Of a stretch of 64,000 bases of DNA, positions 10,501 to 23,559 are shown piece by piece. Every line of letters begins with the position of its first letter. The first letter of the stretch is position 1. The stretch comes from Azolla caroliniana (taxonomy: Eukaryota; Plantae; Polypodiophyta): the NCBI GenBank assembly GCA_043228905.1, contig JBHGNT010000016.1:13578001-13642000 (forward strand). The letters are read 5' to 3'. The notes beneath the pieces were generated by a model, which saw only the letters and a list, made by a program, of their open reading frames with translations, was not told the DNA's origin and searched no databases. Both the position numbers and the translations under genes were made by a program.

Positions 10501-12599
10501 TGTCGGCAAGTGAATTCTCGCCGAATTCCTTCCTTTCGGAGATATGTCGTGAAATCGTCTGAGAAGTACTCCTTGCCGCCATCCGATCAAAGGCATCGTA
10601 CGTGTCGGCCCGTGGCTTTCTCGACTTCATTCTTGAAATTTTGGAAGTGTCCGAACACTTCGCTCTTTTGCCGCATCGGGTAGATCCAAGTGTGCCTAGA
10701 AAAGTCATCGATGAAGAGCACGTAATATTGGCATCCGCCGAATGTCGCCATTTGAGCCGGACCCCATACATCGGAATGAATTACGTTGAGTACGCCTTTG
10801 CTCACATTCCGCTCCTTCGGAAATGGGTGTCAGTGTTGCTTGCCGAATTGGCACGCTTCGCATACACCTTCAATCTGCTTCTCTTTGAATGTCGGGACTC
10901 CGATGACGACTCCTTTTGATTTCATTGCTTTGAGTTTGTTGAGATTGATGTGGCCGATTCGCTTATGCCATAGCTCTATGTCAGAGTCGGCTTTCTTGCT
11001 TTTCGCGAACATGGCGGATTTCATCTCGTGCGAATCGAGAATGAACATCCGGCCCTCTCTTCTTCTGCGTGCGATGATTCGGCCTTCTTTTTCGATGAAG
11101 CACCCTTCTTGGTCAAATCGTACTTGCATCCCTTGCTCAACCATTTGGCCGACCGAGACCAAATTCTTTGTGATGGTGGGTACATGCAAGACATTTTTAA
11201 TGTATGTTTGCTTACCTCTTTCGCCGAACGGAACATTGCCGATGTGCCGAATCGGGTGCGTCGTGTCATCTCCGGTTTTGACATAACTGGGTCACTCCGG
11301 CTCTTGAAGTTCGAGAAACCATTCTTTGTGGGATGTCATATGGTTTGAGGCTCCGGAGTCAACAAACCATACGTCCTCCGGATTGAGGGTACTAGTTGAG
11401 GTAGAGGCCGACATAGACTTTGCTCTATGTTTCATCATGAACATTCCGCCACAGTCAGAGTTGTATGCGTACATTCGGCCACGATCCTCGTAGTCGGAAT
11501 TGTGCGCGTAATTCGTGAGTTGTCGGCTTGTGGAAGCCGATTCACGCATTTTCTTTCGGCACTCTTCTTCGTGGTGGCTGAGCTTTCCGCAATATCCGCA
11601 TTCGGTTGCGTTTTGACGGCTAAGGCCGGATTGGAAGCTCCCCCTTCTTGCGAAGGTTCCTCGTTGTCCTTCGTTTTGCGGCCGAAATTGGGAGTTGTTT
11701 TCGTAGGTCGGACCTCGTCCGCCTTGTCCTTGGCCGAATCGGCCTCTCGCTCGTCCGCGTCCTCTTCCTCCATTAGAGTGCGTGTAGAGCATGTGGCCTT
11801 CTGACTCATTGATCCTTGTACGCACATGGTTTTCTTCAACCAATAGCGTTGATTGGAGCTCAAAGAAGGAGGGAGATTTCTCCCATGCTAGAACGGCGGT
11901 TCGCATCGGGCCGAACTGTGGTGCGAGGCCACCGAGGCATATTTGCACTATCTCATCATCATCTATACTTACGCTTATTCAGCCGAGCGAGTCGCAAAGC
12001 TCCTTGATCTTCAAGGTGTATGTCATGATGGACATGTCCCTTTGTTGAATGTTGTTCAACTCTTGGCGGAGTTGAAGCTTCCTTGCGGTCGTGTTGGCAG
12101 CAAAAATCTTTCGTAGATTTTCTCACGCTTCCTTCGGTGTCTTGGCTTCTCGAATGTAACCGAGCATGGGGTCGTGAACACATGTCGCCTAACAATACAT
12201 CACGCGGCTTGCGGCTTGCTCCCATGTCGCGTATCCGGGAGCCGCTTCGGCGGGTCGGTCTTCATTCGCTCCTTTGATGTAGCTCCAATAGCCTTGTTCG
12301 ACAAGGCATTGGTGCATCTTGTACTCCCAAGATGCGAAGTTGTTTCGATCCAACTTCTCGGTAGGGAGAGCGCTCCCCATTTGAGTATTCATTATGTCGA
12401 TTCTTCTTCTTCTTCTTCTTCTTTCTTCGAATGCGAGCTATGTAGCGAAGCTACGATAGTTATGAGCCGGTTCTTGGTCGTCGGCGTAGAGCACAACACA
12501 CGATCACGATGAGGCAAATGGGCTAAATCAAGCTACCAAATCGCTCTGATACCATGTAAAGAATCAAGAGATGGATTCTTGTGAAGCGGAATAGGTGTG

Positions 12600-12649
<50 letters not shown>

Positions 12650-12948
12650 CAGAGACAGAGTATACGCAAGGTTAAAAGTCTATTAACAAAGGAGAAAGAC
12701 TCAACGTTATACAAGGTGGGAGGAGGGTGCTTTATGTAGTCACCCTCTCTCTTCATTAACTACAAGGCTCATGGAGCATGGGGAATGTGAAAGCTCATAA
12801 GTTATGTGTCATAGAATATGATTCTATGACTCATACTAAATGCTAGAATACAAAGTGGTGACATAATGGTGACTCTTGACCGTTGAGGTGTCTCTTCACT
12901 CTCAAGGTGAGTTCACACACTAGACCAAGTTGAGCTTGATTCTCAACA
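7501..12948 (-). mobile_element. Element B: full-length Ty1/copia LTR retrotransposon, disrupted ORF
   Basis: LTRs 7501-7886 and 12555-12948 (TG...CA, about 3 substitutions plus microsatellite differences). TSD CTCAC (7496-7500/12949-12953). iMet PBS 12543-12554; PPT at 7887-7896. Confidence 0.97.
8115..12392 (-). pseudogene. copia gag-pol of element B (gag, Zn knuckle, PR, GAG-pre-integrase, INT, RT, RNase H)
   Basis: CGYCGKLSHHEEEC, WFVDSGASNHM, WHKRIGH, HSDVWGP, KARLVAKG, LYVDD, HARTKHIEVHYHF. Multiple frameshifts and stops. Confidence 0.93.
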
Positions 12949-14589
12949 CTCACACATTATACGTTGTCTCTTATCTCTTATCTATGCTCATCTGTCTCTC
13001 GCACATTGCTTCTAACTCTTGTTCTTCCTATGCTTAATCTTTCTAACATTTCTGCACAAGCCTTATAAAATATATAACGAACTCCTTTTAACCTTAGTCC
13101 CTGCGACTTTGCCGCACGAACCACAACTACCTCGACATATTTGGTGAATGCGACATGAAGGTGGTGTCAAGGAAAAATGGAGGGCAAATGAGGTTTATGT
13201 GTACGATGATGGAACGAGTGATGCGTGAGGAAGGGATGATGGCAAACATCAACAAAGTCGTCAACAATATTCTTGCATGAGTAGGAATCTTCGAAGGTAT
13301 AAATTTAACAAGATTTCTGAAGATTTACAATGAAGAAATGCTGAAACGTGGTGTCAACGAAGCTAAAAAAGTTAATAGCTTTAGTCAGGTCACTGCGATT
13401 GGGCTACAAGAAAGGATCCAAGAGCTACAGAGGGAACATCAAACATGGCCGACTTTCTAAAGAGCATTGTTGAATGAATACAACCTCAACGATATGTCAT
13501 TGATGACAAGGCGAGCTTTCATGGATTGGGTAGAGTCTAATAAATATTTAAGTGTTTGGGAAGTATTAAAAGAGTTTTTAGAAAGATTTGAGCAGTTAAA
13601 TGTTAGGGATAGAAATATAATAATGCCAGATAAAATAATATTGTTTCTACAAGCCACTAATATTAAAGACAGGAAGGACTTGGGAATGCTTCTGGAAGAT
13701 CAGAATAGTCCATGTGGACTTACTCAAGACTGGGAGGAGGTGAAAAGGGCGTGCGCCCATTTTTGTTAAAGAAAGTTATGGTTTATGGAGCTCCCTGAGA
13801 GGAAGGTAGATGAAACAGGGAACGACTCGGGGGAAAAGAAAGTAGAAGAGTCACTCTTGCATGAATTGGTGAAAGGCATGAAAGACTTGTCGATCAAAGT
13901 GACAAAACTCAACTTCGTCAAGGCAAGGAGGTGGAATGGTCCAAAGGTGTATGTGGTGCGACAAAATCGACCATCAGAAGAAAGACTATCAAGAACATCA
14001 GAATGCTCTTAATAATGATAAAATTTACTATCAAGATGGTAAGATTCACTCGACCGAGACTCGACAACCACTCGTACTCAACTTCTGGCAAGGTGGAATG
14101 AAAAAGCTAATGAAAGATGTTGAGATAAAAACAATTCAAGTGATACAATCCGTGACAACCTTAGGGTTGCGCGTAGAAAACTCATATGGTGGACCTAGAT
14201 TTTGGCAAGATGTGATGGATTATGCAAGAAAAAGGAAGGTTTAAGTGGATGAATTAAAAAGAGTAGGTGATAAAATACGAAACTTTACTGGATGGAATGA
14301 TATGGGAGATGCACTATCAACATTCACACAAGTGAATGCACAAGATGTACTAGTGGAAGAGAAGTAGAAGAGGGCTGAGGAGGTTGATCCGGCAAAGAGG
14401 CATGAGACACGAGAACAGAAGAGAAGGGAGATGGAAAAGGGTGCTACTGACTTGAAAGAAGCTGATAAAGTCAAAGGGAAGACAAGCCCAACTTTTCAGC
14501 TTGCTTCAGACACAAAAGCCACGACGGATATAAAACATGTGACAGAGGAAGTTACGAGAGGGTGTGTAGCAACACTCCAAGATTTGGAT

Positions 14590-15406
14590 CATGGTTGTTT
14601 ACGTACCCGTATTTAACGTTAAAATATGTATAGTACCTCATAATTTGTATAGTACGTACTATACCTCAATGTTGTTCAGTCAAATATCATTTACATTTGT
14701 CTAATACGGTATTTAATGTACATTTGAAAAAATGGGTATACTATGTATTTATAAAAAACTGTAAGTAAAACCCCAACAAAAAGCAAAAGAAAAAACAAAT
14801 TTTAGTGAAAAAGAAGCAAAAAGAATGAAGAAAGAAGAACAGAAAAGATGACGACGAACAAGAAGAAGAAGAAAAAGAAGAAAAAGAGAGAAAAGAAGAG
14901 AGAAACCTATCTTGACTCTAAGTGTATAATCACCAAAGATAGAAGAAGATGAAGAAGAGAGAAAAGATGACAAAAACCTATCCTGAGTGTGATAATCGTA
15001 GACTATTCCTCAATCTATGAAGGCATAATCGTAAATAATTACAATTTGAAGTAGAACATCGTGATATACACTTACACTAATGTCAACATCCATATTATAG
15101 AATAAGCAAATGTCGACATCCATATTATAAGTATTTTAGGATGTGAAATGTTCAAATGTCTTATATGCATTTTAGGATGTATAACTATAATTTACATCTC
15201 AAAATTCTGTAAACATAGATGCTTTTAGAAAGGTAAATAATTTTCAAATTCTAGAAGTAGTATTATACGTAAAATACGTATTTATAAGTATTTAACATGT
15301 TGAAAAATGTATTTAATGTATTTTTAAATTGGGAGGTACTATACGTGTATTAATACGTTATATACGTGTGGTATCTGTACCGTATCTAACGTACCTAACA
15401 ACCATG
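14590..15406. mobile_element. Non-autonomous hAT-type DNA transposon (MITE-like, 817 bp)
   Basis: TIR CATGGTTGTT...AACAACCATG and perfect 8-bp TSD ATTTGGAT (14582-14589/15407-15414). AT-rich, non-coding, many CGTA/TACG subterminal motifs. Confidence 0.88.
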
Positions 15407-15898
15407 ATTTGGATCATAGCATCATCAATGATGCAAGTGTAAAGAAGATAAATGATGTTGGATTTCATGAAGGGGATAGGAGTCATTATACAAGGAAACA
15501 TTGGGCTCAAGCAACAATGGAGGTGCCTATAAAAATTGGGGAGCAACAGATTCCTTGTATTGCTTTGAAAGATCATTGATTAGAAATCAACATGATGTCA
15601 TCAAAATGTCATGCTCAAAGAAGATGGCCAATCGGCAAGAATCATGGATAGAAGATACGAGCTCTCATAGAGACTACATAGGATCTATTTGGAGCATGCC
15701 CCAGTGTGAAGGTAACAATTGGAGATCTTTCGGTGAATCAAAATTTCTTTGTGTAGGATCAATCAACCTACCTTGTCATCCTTGGTCAAACATACATCAC
15801 CATAGTAAGGATGGAAACAAAGGTGATTGGGTTCGTCTTTTGCAAGGATTAAGAGTCAAGATGAAAGGGAAACAGCCCAATTCTTAACCGTGAGGTTG

Positions 15899-16630
15899 TG
15901 TTGAGTAACATTTGACAGACTTGAACCCACAACCCTACATGCCAACTACAACGTACATACCACTAGACTAGGTTATTTGCTTTTAAAATTATATTTCCAT
16001 GATTATACTTATCCCATGCCTATTTTCATACATGAAAGCTCAAATAAGAGAGATGTCTATCATGTTTCACATCCAATGCATGAATGCCAAATGGCGATCA
16101 TGCATCACATGCATTGCATGCATGTCTCGTACCCTCACATGCATTATATACATGGGGGCACCTATAAAAAGAGGGGAATCAAGTAGGGAAGGAAGGAAGA
16201 GACAGTTAGAGAAATAATATAATCAAGCAAATAAGTTAGTTTATTTGGGAAGAGGCTCGTGTTTCGAAGTTGGAGTCAAGGGTTCAAATCTAGAGTTCAA
16301 TGAAAGAAAAGTCGCATCTTGTGATCGACATTGTAACTTTGGTAAAATATTGTGTTGTTAATATAAAGCTTGTTCTTATAATACATTTTCACTTCTTAAA
16401 TCATAAATTGTCTCTTATCTCTTATGGATGCTCATCTGTCTCTCACACATTATACATTGTCTCTTATCTCTTATCTATGCTTATCTGTCTCTCGCACATT
16501 ACTTCTAACTCTTGTTCTTCCTATCCTTAATCTTTCTAACATGTTTGCAAAAGCCTTATAAAATATATAACCAACTCCTTTTAACCTTAGTCCCTGCGAC
16601 TTCGCCACACGAACCACAACTACCCCGACA
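15899..16630 (+). repeat. 3' LTR of element A
   Basis: TGTTGAG...CCGACA, TATA (CCTATAAAA ~16161). Matches 7243-7500 and 12954-13137. Confidence 0.8.
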
Positions 16631-18925
16631 ACGTACCATCCGACTATACCATTGGATTTGTCCAAGGAATCAACTCAAGGACTTTGCATTTTTGGGAACC
16701 GGTGTGTCGATTGTTGCCTTGATTTTTCGTGTGTCTACCGCAATGCCTTCGCTACTCACTATATGACCTAGGAGTTTGCAACTTGTCACGCAGAACACAC
16801 ACCTGGCTAGATTGAGACTAAGCCTCGTCAATATGCATCGTTCTCAACATAGTCATAGGTGCAGAAGATGTTCGCTTTGTGGGCTATAAACCACGAAGTC
16901 ATTGAGGAAGACCTGCATAAAGGCAAGTTTGTACTTGCCGCATATTTCTATGACGATGCATTCAAACGTGGTCAGTGTGGTTTTGAGTCTAATTGCCTCA
17001 ATCCATCACGAACGCCTTCCTCTCCTGGTCGTTGAAGCCATCTAAAAAACTATACATTTCATGGTTGGCTACGTCGTCCAACACTCCATCCATGAACAGT
17101 ACACGAAATGCATCGGTCAGTGTCACAACATTCAATTTTTGGTAATTGATGCACACCTGAATTTTTCCATTCTTCTTGGGAACTATGATGATCGGACTCA
17201 ATCACGTCGACTTCTTGACAGGTCGAATAAATCTGATTTTCAATCATTTGTCAATTTCTTCTTTTACACTAACCACATAATTTGGGTTCATTCGATATCT
17301 GTGTTGTTGTACTGGCTTGGCATATGTCGAGAGATGTATTTGGTGCTGGTAGAAATTTGGGTTCAGCCCCATCATATCTTCGTGTGACCATGCAAGTACA
17401 TCTCCATATTCCCGTAGTAGTTCGATCATGGTCGTCTTTTCAGAAGTCGGCAAATCCTTCGCAATGGACACTAGGCATGCTTTCTTGATGGCTCCAAAAT
17501 TAATTTCTTCCAATGCCGAGGCCATGACTCGCCGGGAAACCACCATTTCACTTTCGAATGCTTCTTGTGCTCTTTAGAGTACTATGACCGCTTCCATGTA
17601 CGGCTCACACCCATCAGCTTTGGCCATCGAAGGTTTGGTGTATGCCTCGGCCTTTTCAATGATATCAATTTTGAACAAGGGAATGATTCGAGGGTTTTCT
17701 TCTAAGTAATTATCTATTTCTTCATCGTCCAGACCTTCTAGCATGATTTCCTCCACATATAATGGGGTCAACTCTTTACTTTCCTGATTGGACACTGGAA
17801 TTTTGGTTTGGCCGCGGCGAAAATTGATAATATTGTGTTCCCAATTTTGCTTCATATTCATAGAGAGTAACCATTCTCTTCCCAAAAGTAAGGGGTACGC
17901 ACCCGAAGCGTACTGAGGTCACACCACCGCCAATATTCCGAGCGCATGTCTGCGTACGATGATTCCTAGCTTTCACAATAACCCCAAAGGTTGGACTGAT
18001 TGGGTGTCCACCATGCAAAGCAAAAATGGGCACGCTTCCCAGGTTGCAATCCCTAGGCGATTGTAGGTTTCCCTACTAATGACGTTGACCCCTGAGCTGC
18101 CCTCAATGATGCACCCAGAAATTTCTTCCTCTTTTATTATGATTTTAATGGTAGGGTTGTGGTCATTGACCACTGTTGACCCTACAATGGACTTTGTGAA
18201 ATTGGCTAAGACGTTTGGAGGGTTCACTTTGTGCATTCATGCTTCCAACGTCTACCGAAACTGTGGAACTAAGTTTAACAGTCTGCTCATGGACATCGTA
18301 ATTTGACAGTCGGCCAAGGCCTGTTAAATAGGGTCCTCCTCCATGATGACTTCCTCCATTCACGTTGCCGGCATTGTATGCGTTCAACATTGGCTATGGT
18401 TTCTTGCCGAATGCATTCAACATTCGCCTCATTCACTTTTTCGACCCATGCTTTTGCGGGTATGCGGATTTCATCCTGGACCTCCTAGTCTAATACCTTC
18501 GCTTGACTATGTGTGGTCACTTGCTGTACTTCCGCAGTGATGTTGTTGATAGCTGGCCCCTTACCTTTGTCCCATTACAGACACTTAGTAGCGTAATGCC
18601 TTGGTTGTTAGTAGATAAAGTGGTTGATACTAATAGTCGTGCGTATTACGAGGTTTTCAACAATAATTGTGAAGGTTATTATTTTGTGGCCTCTGACAGT
18701 TGTTGTTCGGGTTATCATCTCGTGGGCAAGGATTCTGAGGTTGGAGGTCACCCCCATAGTCCGTTGGTTTGGCTTATCCACTCTTGTTTTATGTAGGACG
18801 TTGATTGTCATAACGAGTTCCTTACCTATTGTCGAAACGATCTCCTTGGCAATAGTCATCTTCCCAACGATCCTCGTTGTCCTAGTATGGGTCGTCGTAT
18901 TTGTTAAAGTTAATATGTGGAAGCT
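16631..18925 (-). mobile_element. Element C: fragment of Ty3/gypsy (tRNA-Arg family type) gag-PR-RT
   Basis: SPIIIVPKKNGKIQVCINYQKLN, YSFLDGF, CIIEGSSGVNVI, YRMNPNY. Homologous to G at 38600-40300. Both ends cut by neighbouring elements. Confidence 0.85.
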
Positions 18926-19848
18926 TGTAGACAAACCGGTTTATCCGAATAGCAACAGAAAATAGAGACGAGGTTTAATGGAAGCTTAGGAACAGAGAAT
19001 GCACAGGAGAGACAAAGAGAGTAGAAAGCATAAACTCAATTCAAAATAACAACACTCTGTACATACAATGTGTGTAGTGAGCAATTTTATACAAGCCCAT
19101 AAAGGACTCATAGAAGTACTGACAAGTACTTCAATGCTCATACGAGTGATTGACACTAACTCCGTGGAATTTGCCTACGTACTAGGCTAAGATTGTATAC
19201 CTCTAATGGCCTACTAGTTACAACCTGATCTAGCTCCTGGTTCTAGATACCGATCCGGATACCTACCCGGTTCTCCATTCCAAATACCGATCCGGCTCTG
19301 CCTTATTCAGCCGATCCGGATCCGGTTGAGCTTGTCTCCTCAACACTCCCCCTCAAACTCAACTTCAGGTCGGATCGCAGTGTTAGTGTTTGTGGTAGCT
19401 GGTCCTCTCCTTTAGCTCCCCTTCGTGTCCTCCCACCTTGCTCACACTCTTCAACCCATCCAGTTCCATTTTCCACGACCCGTCTCATCCTGTGCACCTC
19501 GACCTTCTCGGTTAGTTTGTATGCTCATCAGGCCCATCTCAACTCCTTTGTTGTTGCAACTCCAGCGCATCCCAACCCATCGATTCCTCCCTGTCGGTGT
19601 CGACTTCTGCTGCCTCCTTGTCTGTTTGGCCTTGAGTTGATCTGGCTCCTCCGAATCAAGCACCGCTTCCAAATCGGGTGACTCCGATTTGTTCCAGCTC
19701 TTGTCTGAATTGGTTATCTCCTATTTATTGTCAATCTTTAGGCCTTTTACCACATCGGACCACGTCCAAGTCTTGGCCTTCCCGTCGGCTCTATCCTTCT
19801 TGACTTCTTTTGTCGACTCGGCTTCCATTTTCTTCTCCTTGTCTCCCC

Positions 19849-20647
19849 TGACGGGAACCCAACGTTCCTTATGCGCAACGCTCGGCCACAACCGAGCTTA
19901 GAATGATACACAAAAAATGGGAAATAAAACGCGACACAAAGAAGGAGAGAATACACAGGAGGTTTACGTGGAAAACCCCAAACTAGGGGAAAAACCATGG
20001 CAGCCCACAGGCTGCAAACTGTCACTATGTAGGAATATACAACAGTGAGTTCACTGAGGCACCGACCTCGTGCTCACAAATCTTCGCCACAGGCGGCGGT
20101 TACAACAGAGGCAACGACCTCTTTCTCTTTCTCTCTCTCTCTGTACAGTTACGCACACTAATCTCGTGCAAAACAGAAAATGACAACAACAACTAAAAGT
20201 TTGCCCTAAGTCATATTTATACTAATATGACTTTTCGGCTATTTACAAATGTAGCCTCGATGGGCTCTCAGAAACATATTTATGAATATGTCTCTTCATC
20301 CGGTTCTCACCGGGTCTTTACCATCCGGCTCTCCGTAGCCGGGTACTCCTCATCCGGTTCATACCGGGCCTGCACCATCCGGCTCTCCGTAGCCGGGTAC
20401 TCCTCATCCGGTTCCGGCCTCGCCTGCACCATCCGGCTCTCCGTAGCCGGGTACTCCTCATCCGGTTCATACCGGGCCTGCACCATCTGGCTCTCCGTAG
20501 CCGGGTACTCCTCATCCGGTTCATACCGGGCCTGCACCATCCGGCTCTCCGTAGCCGGGTACTCCTCATCTGGTTCCGGCCTCGGCCGAGTTTGTTCATC
20601 GGCACTGTGCTTCTCCCTTCCCATCCAGAGGGACCTATTTCCCAACA
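19849..20647 (-). mobile_element. Solo LTR of a copia family related to element J
   Basis: TG...CA, TSD TCCCC (19844-19848/20648-20652). Reverse complement resembles LTR 43971-44661. Five 54-bp tandem repeats at ~20305-20580. Confidence 0.92.
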
Positions 20648-23559
20648 TCCCCCTATCTCTCTAGCTCTTTGTCTGGTGCCATCACCTATTTTCCTAGTTT
20701 TCGTTCCGGTTCTCCCCGTATCAGTCCTGGTTCTCCCCCTCAAATGTGGCAAATCGAGATGTTGAAGTCCAAGCATCTTCGAAAAATGTTGCAATTTGTC
20801 CAGGCCGAAAGGTTTGGTGAAGATGTCGGCAACTTGTCCATCTGTTCGGACATATCGGAGTTCTACTTCACCACTGAGGACCCACTCATGCATGAAGTTG
20901 TAATGCACTTCTATGTGCTTCGTTCGAGCATGGAACACAGGGTTCTTCGCTAGCTACATGTTGCTGATGTTGTCATAGTACATTGGGATCGGAATCGGGA
21001 CTTTGATCCGGAGGGCTTGCAGCAACCGCCGAAGCCATATGGCTTCATAGGTGGCTATGGTAGTGCCCCGAGACTCATCGTTAGTGCTCGAAAGAGCCAC
21101 TGTCAACTGCTTCTTTCTACTCCACGCAACAATTGTGCTACCTAGAGAAAACATGAATCTAGAAGTGGACCGTCGATCCGACGCATCTCCGGCCTAGTCG
21201 GCATCCGTATATCCAACTAGCTTTTTGGTTATACCTTGTCAATATTACAGGTGCGGGTCCTTAGTGCCATTAACATACTTAAGTATTCGATGCGCACACT
21301 GAAGGTGCTCCACCGTCGACTTATGCATCACTCCGACCGAATAGCTAATGTGAGGTCGGTTGATCTTCAAATAAATAAGGGTTCTGACTATTTTTCGGAA
21401 CCATTTCTCATCGTAGGCCGGTCCAGAGTTGGGATGACGCTTTAGGTTCCGGTCCAGGCATGTGGAGTCTAGTCAGCAATCCGCCATACCGAATTTGAAT
21501 AGCACACTCAACACATAGTGGTGTTCACTGATCAGTATGCCTTCTGGGGTGTGGATCCCTTCAATCCCAAGGATGTAATGAAGGTCCCCTAGTCCTTCAT
21601 TTCGAATGCATCCGACTGTTAGGACTTGACTCGGCCGATTTCAGCAAGTGTAAGTCCTGTGATGACTAGATCATCAACATATACCAGGATACATACTAGA
21701 CTATCCAAACCATTCTGGATGAACAGTGAAGGGTCTGACTTCGAGGTCACAAACCCCATCTTACGCAACCGGTGTGTGATCTTCGAATTCCAAGCACAGG
21801 GGGCTTGCTTCATGCCATAAAGCGACTTCTTCAGTCGGCACACTAACGACTTGTTCATCTCCAACTAAAAACTGGGGTGTTGGATCAATGTAGAACTATT
21901 CTTCAAGGTCACCTTGAAGAAATGCATTCTTCACATCCGTTTGGTGAACATGCCACCCCTTGCTGCAGCAACCGTCAACACAACACGAACCGTCATCATC
22001 TTTACCACTAGAGAGAAGGTTTCGTCGTAGCCAATTCCATGGGTTTGCGAGTATCCTTTGACCACTAACCAAGCCTTGTACCGGTTGACCTTTACTGTTA
22101 ACGTTGTGCTTTACCTTGTATGCCCACTTGCAACAGATCAATTTGCAATGTTGGGGGGGGGGGCGTCAACCAAGTCCCATGTGTCATTGGCATCAAGTGC
22201 TCGCATCCCTTCCTCCATAGTGGCACGCCAATGTGCATCCTATGCCGCTTCTGTGTAGCTCTCCGGCTCACGCACTTCTACCACCTTCATCATGTATGCA
22301 TAATGATGCGCCATGTACTTGTTATACCCATACCATTTGACGGGGTTCTTCTGGCGGGTTGATAGGTGTAACTTCACGTTCGCCGATTGCAAGGCCCTCT
22401 TGGCCGGCTTGAACTTTGTTCTCGAAGGTCTGTCTTCATTCTTTCCGGAGTTGGATACGCTCCGATCTAACTTGTCTTTGCCGGTGTCATATTCTAGCAT
22501 CTTCTTCTTCCCCTTCTCTTTGTGTGTGAGCCACCGCTTCGGTTTCTTGCGTGAGAAGAGCACGACCGAGTGTTTGCTACTCACCGGAGAGTGTCCGCTA
22601 CTCACTAGCTCTTCATCTGATTGGTCATTTTGACTCAGTTGCTCATTCAGCCCACTTAGCCAGAATGAGATCAGACTCTCATCCAGAGTCCCGAATCCTT
22701 CTTCATCTTCTACCTGGATCGTTTCGGGCTCACTGGCCTCATCCACCGGAATCGGGTCAGAGTCAGAGATCGGAGCTGATAGAGAGTACCATGATGCGGA
22801 CTCATCAAATTCGACATCTCGGCTCACTCAAACTTGTTTTGCTCGAGGGTTATAACACTTATAACCCTTTTGCTCATGTGAGTAGCTGACAAGGATGCAC
22901 TTCTTTGACTTCGGGTCCAGCTTTCTCCACTTCTCATCAGGCACATTCACATATGCAATGCTACCGAATATCTTAAGGTGCCTTAAATTTGACTTGCACC
23001 CGAAATACAGCTCATGTGTTGACACATTATCCCCTATCCGGTTTTAGATGTAGACAGCCACCTGGAACGCTTCGGCCTATTACAATTTGGGCATGCTCTT
23101 CTTCTCTAGCGTTGCTCGTGCTGTGTCAATGATCAACCAATGAATTTTCCTTTTGGCCACACTGTTTTGTTCCAATGTGTACCTACAATTGAATTCTCTG
23201 CGAATTCCCTTTTGTTGTAGATAGTTGTTGAATTGGCCGGAAAAATATTCTTTTCCACAATCTGACTGTAGGCACTTGATCTTCCTCTCGGTTTCCCATT
23301 CTACAAGACTTTGTAGGTTCCGGAAATAGTTGAAAACTTCGCTTCTTCTTTCAATAAGGTAGATCCATGTGTGTTGGTTGTAGTCGTTGATGAAGGAGAC
23401 GAAATATCGGATCCCGCCAAGACTAACATTCTGTGTCGGTTCCCATACATCCAAATATATTAGATTGAGCTTGTTATGGCTCCAATTTCTTTCGGTGGAG
23501 AACAGAGCCAATCTTGCTTCTCGAGTTGGCAGGCTTCACAAATTTGGGCTTTCCGGCCA

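Larger units (their letters stand above)
7243..16630 (+). mobile_element. Element A: degenerate Ty3/gypsy (tRNA-Trp-primed family), gag + protease only; interrupted by copia B and a hAT MITE
   Basis: 5' LTR remnant 7243-7500 + 12954-13137 matches the LTR at 15899-16630. Degenerate Trp PBS TGGTGAATGCGACATG at 13142. gag (CMWC..H knuckle ~13950) and protease-region remnants (HWAQAT..., GACPSVKVTIGD) at 13200-15890. Confidence 0.8.

Noticed and set aside
14760-14975. Lys/Glu/Arg-rich coding fragment
   Set aside because: A GAA-rich low-complexity tract inside the MITE, with stops and no start context.
20227-20664. Repeat-rich ORFs on both strands
   Set aside because: They lie in the 54-bp U3 repeats of a solo LTR and are not credible genes.
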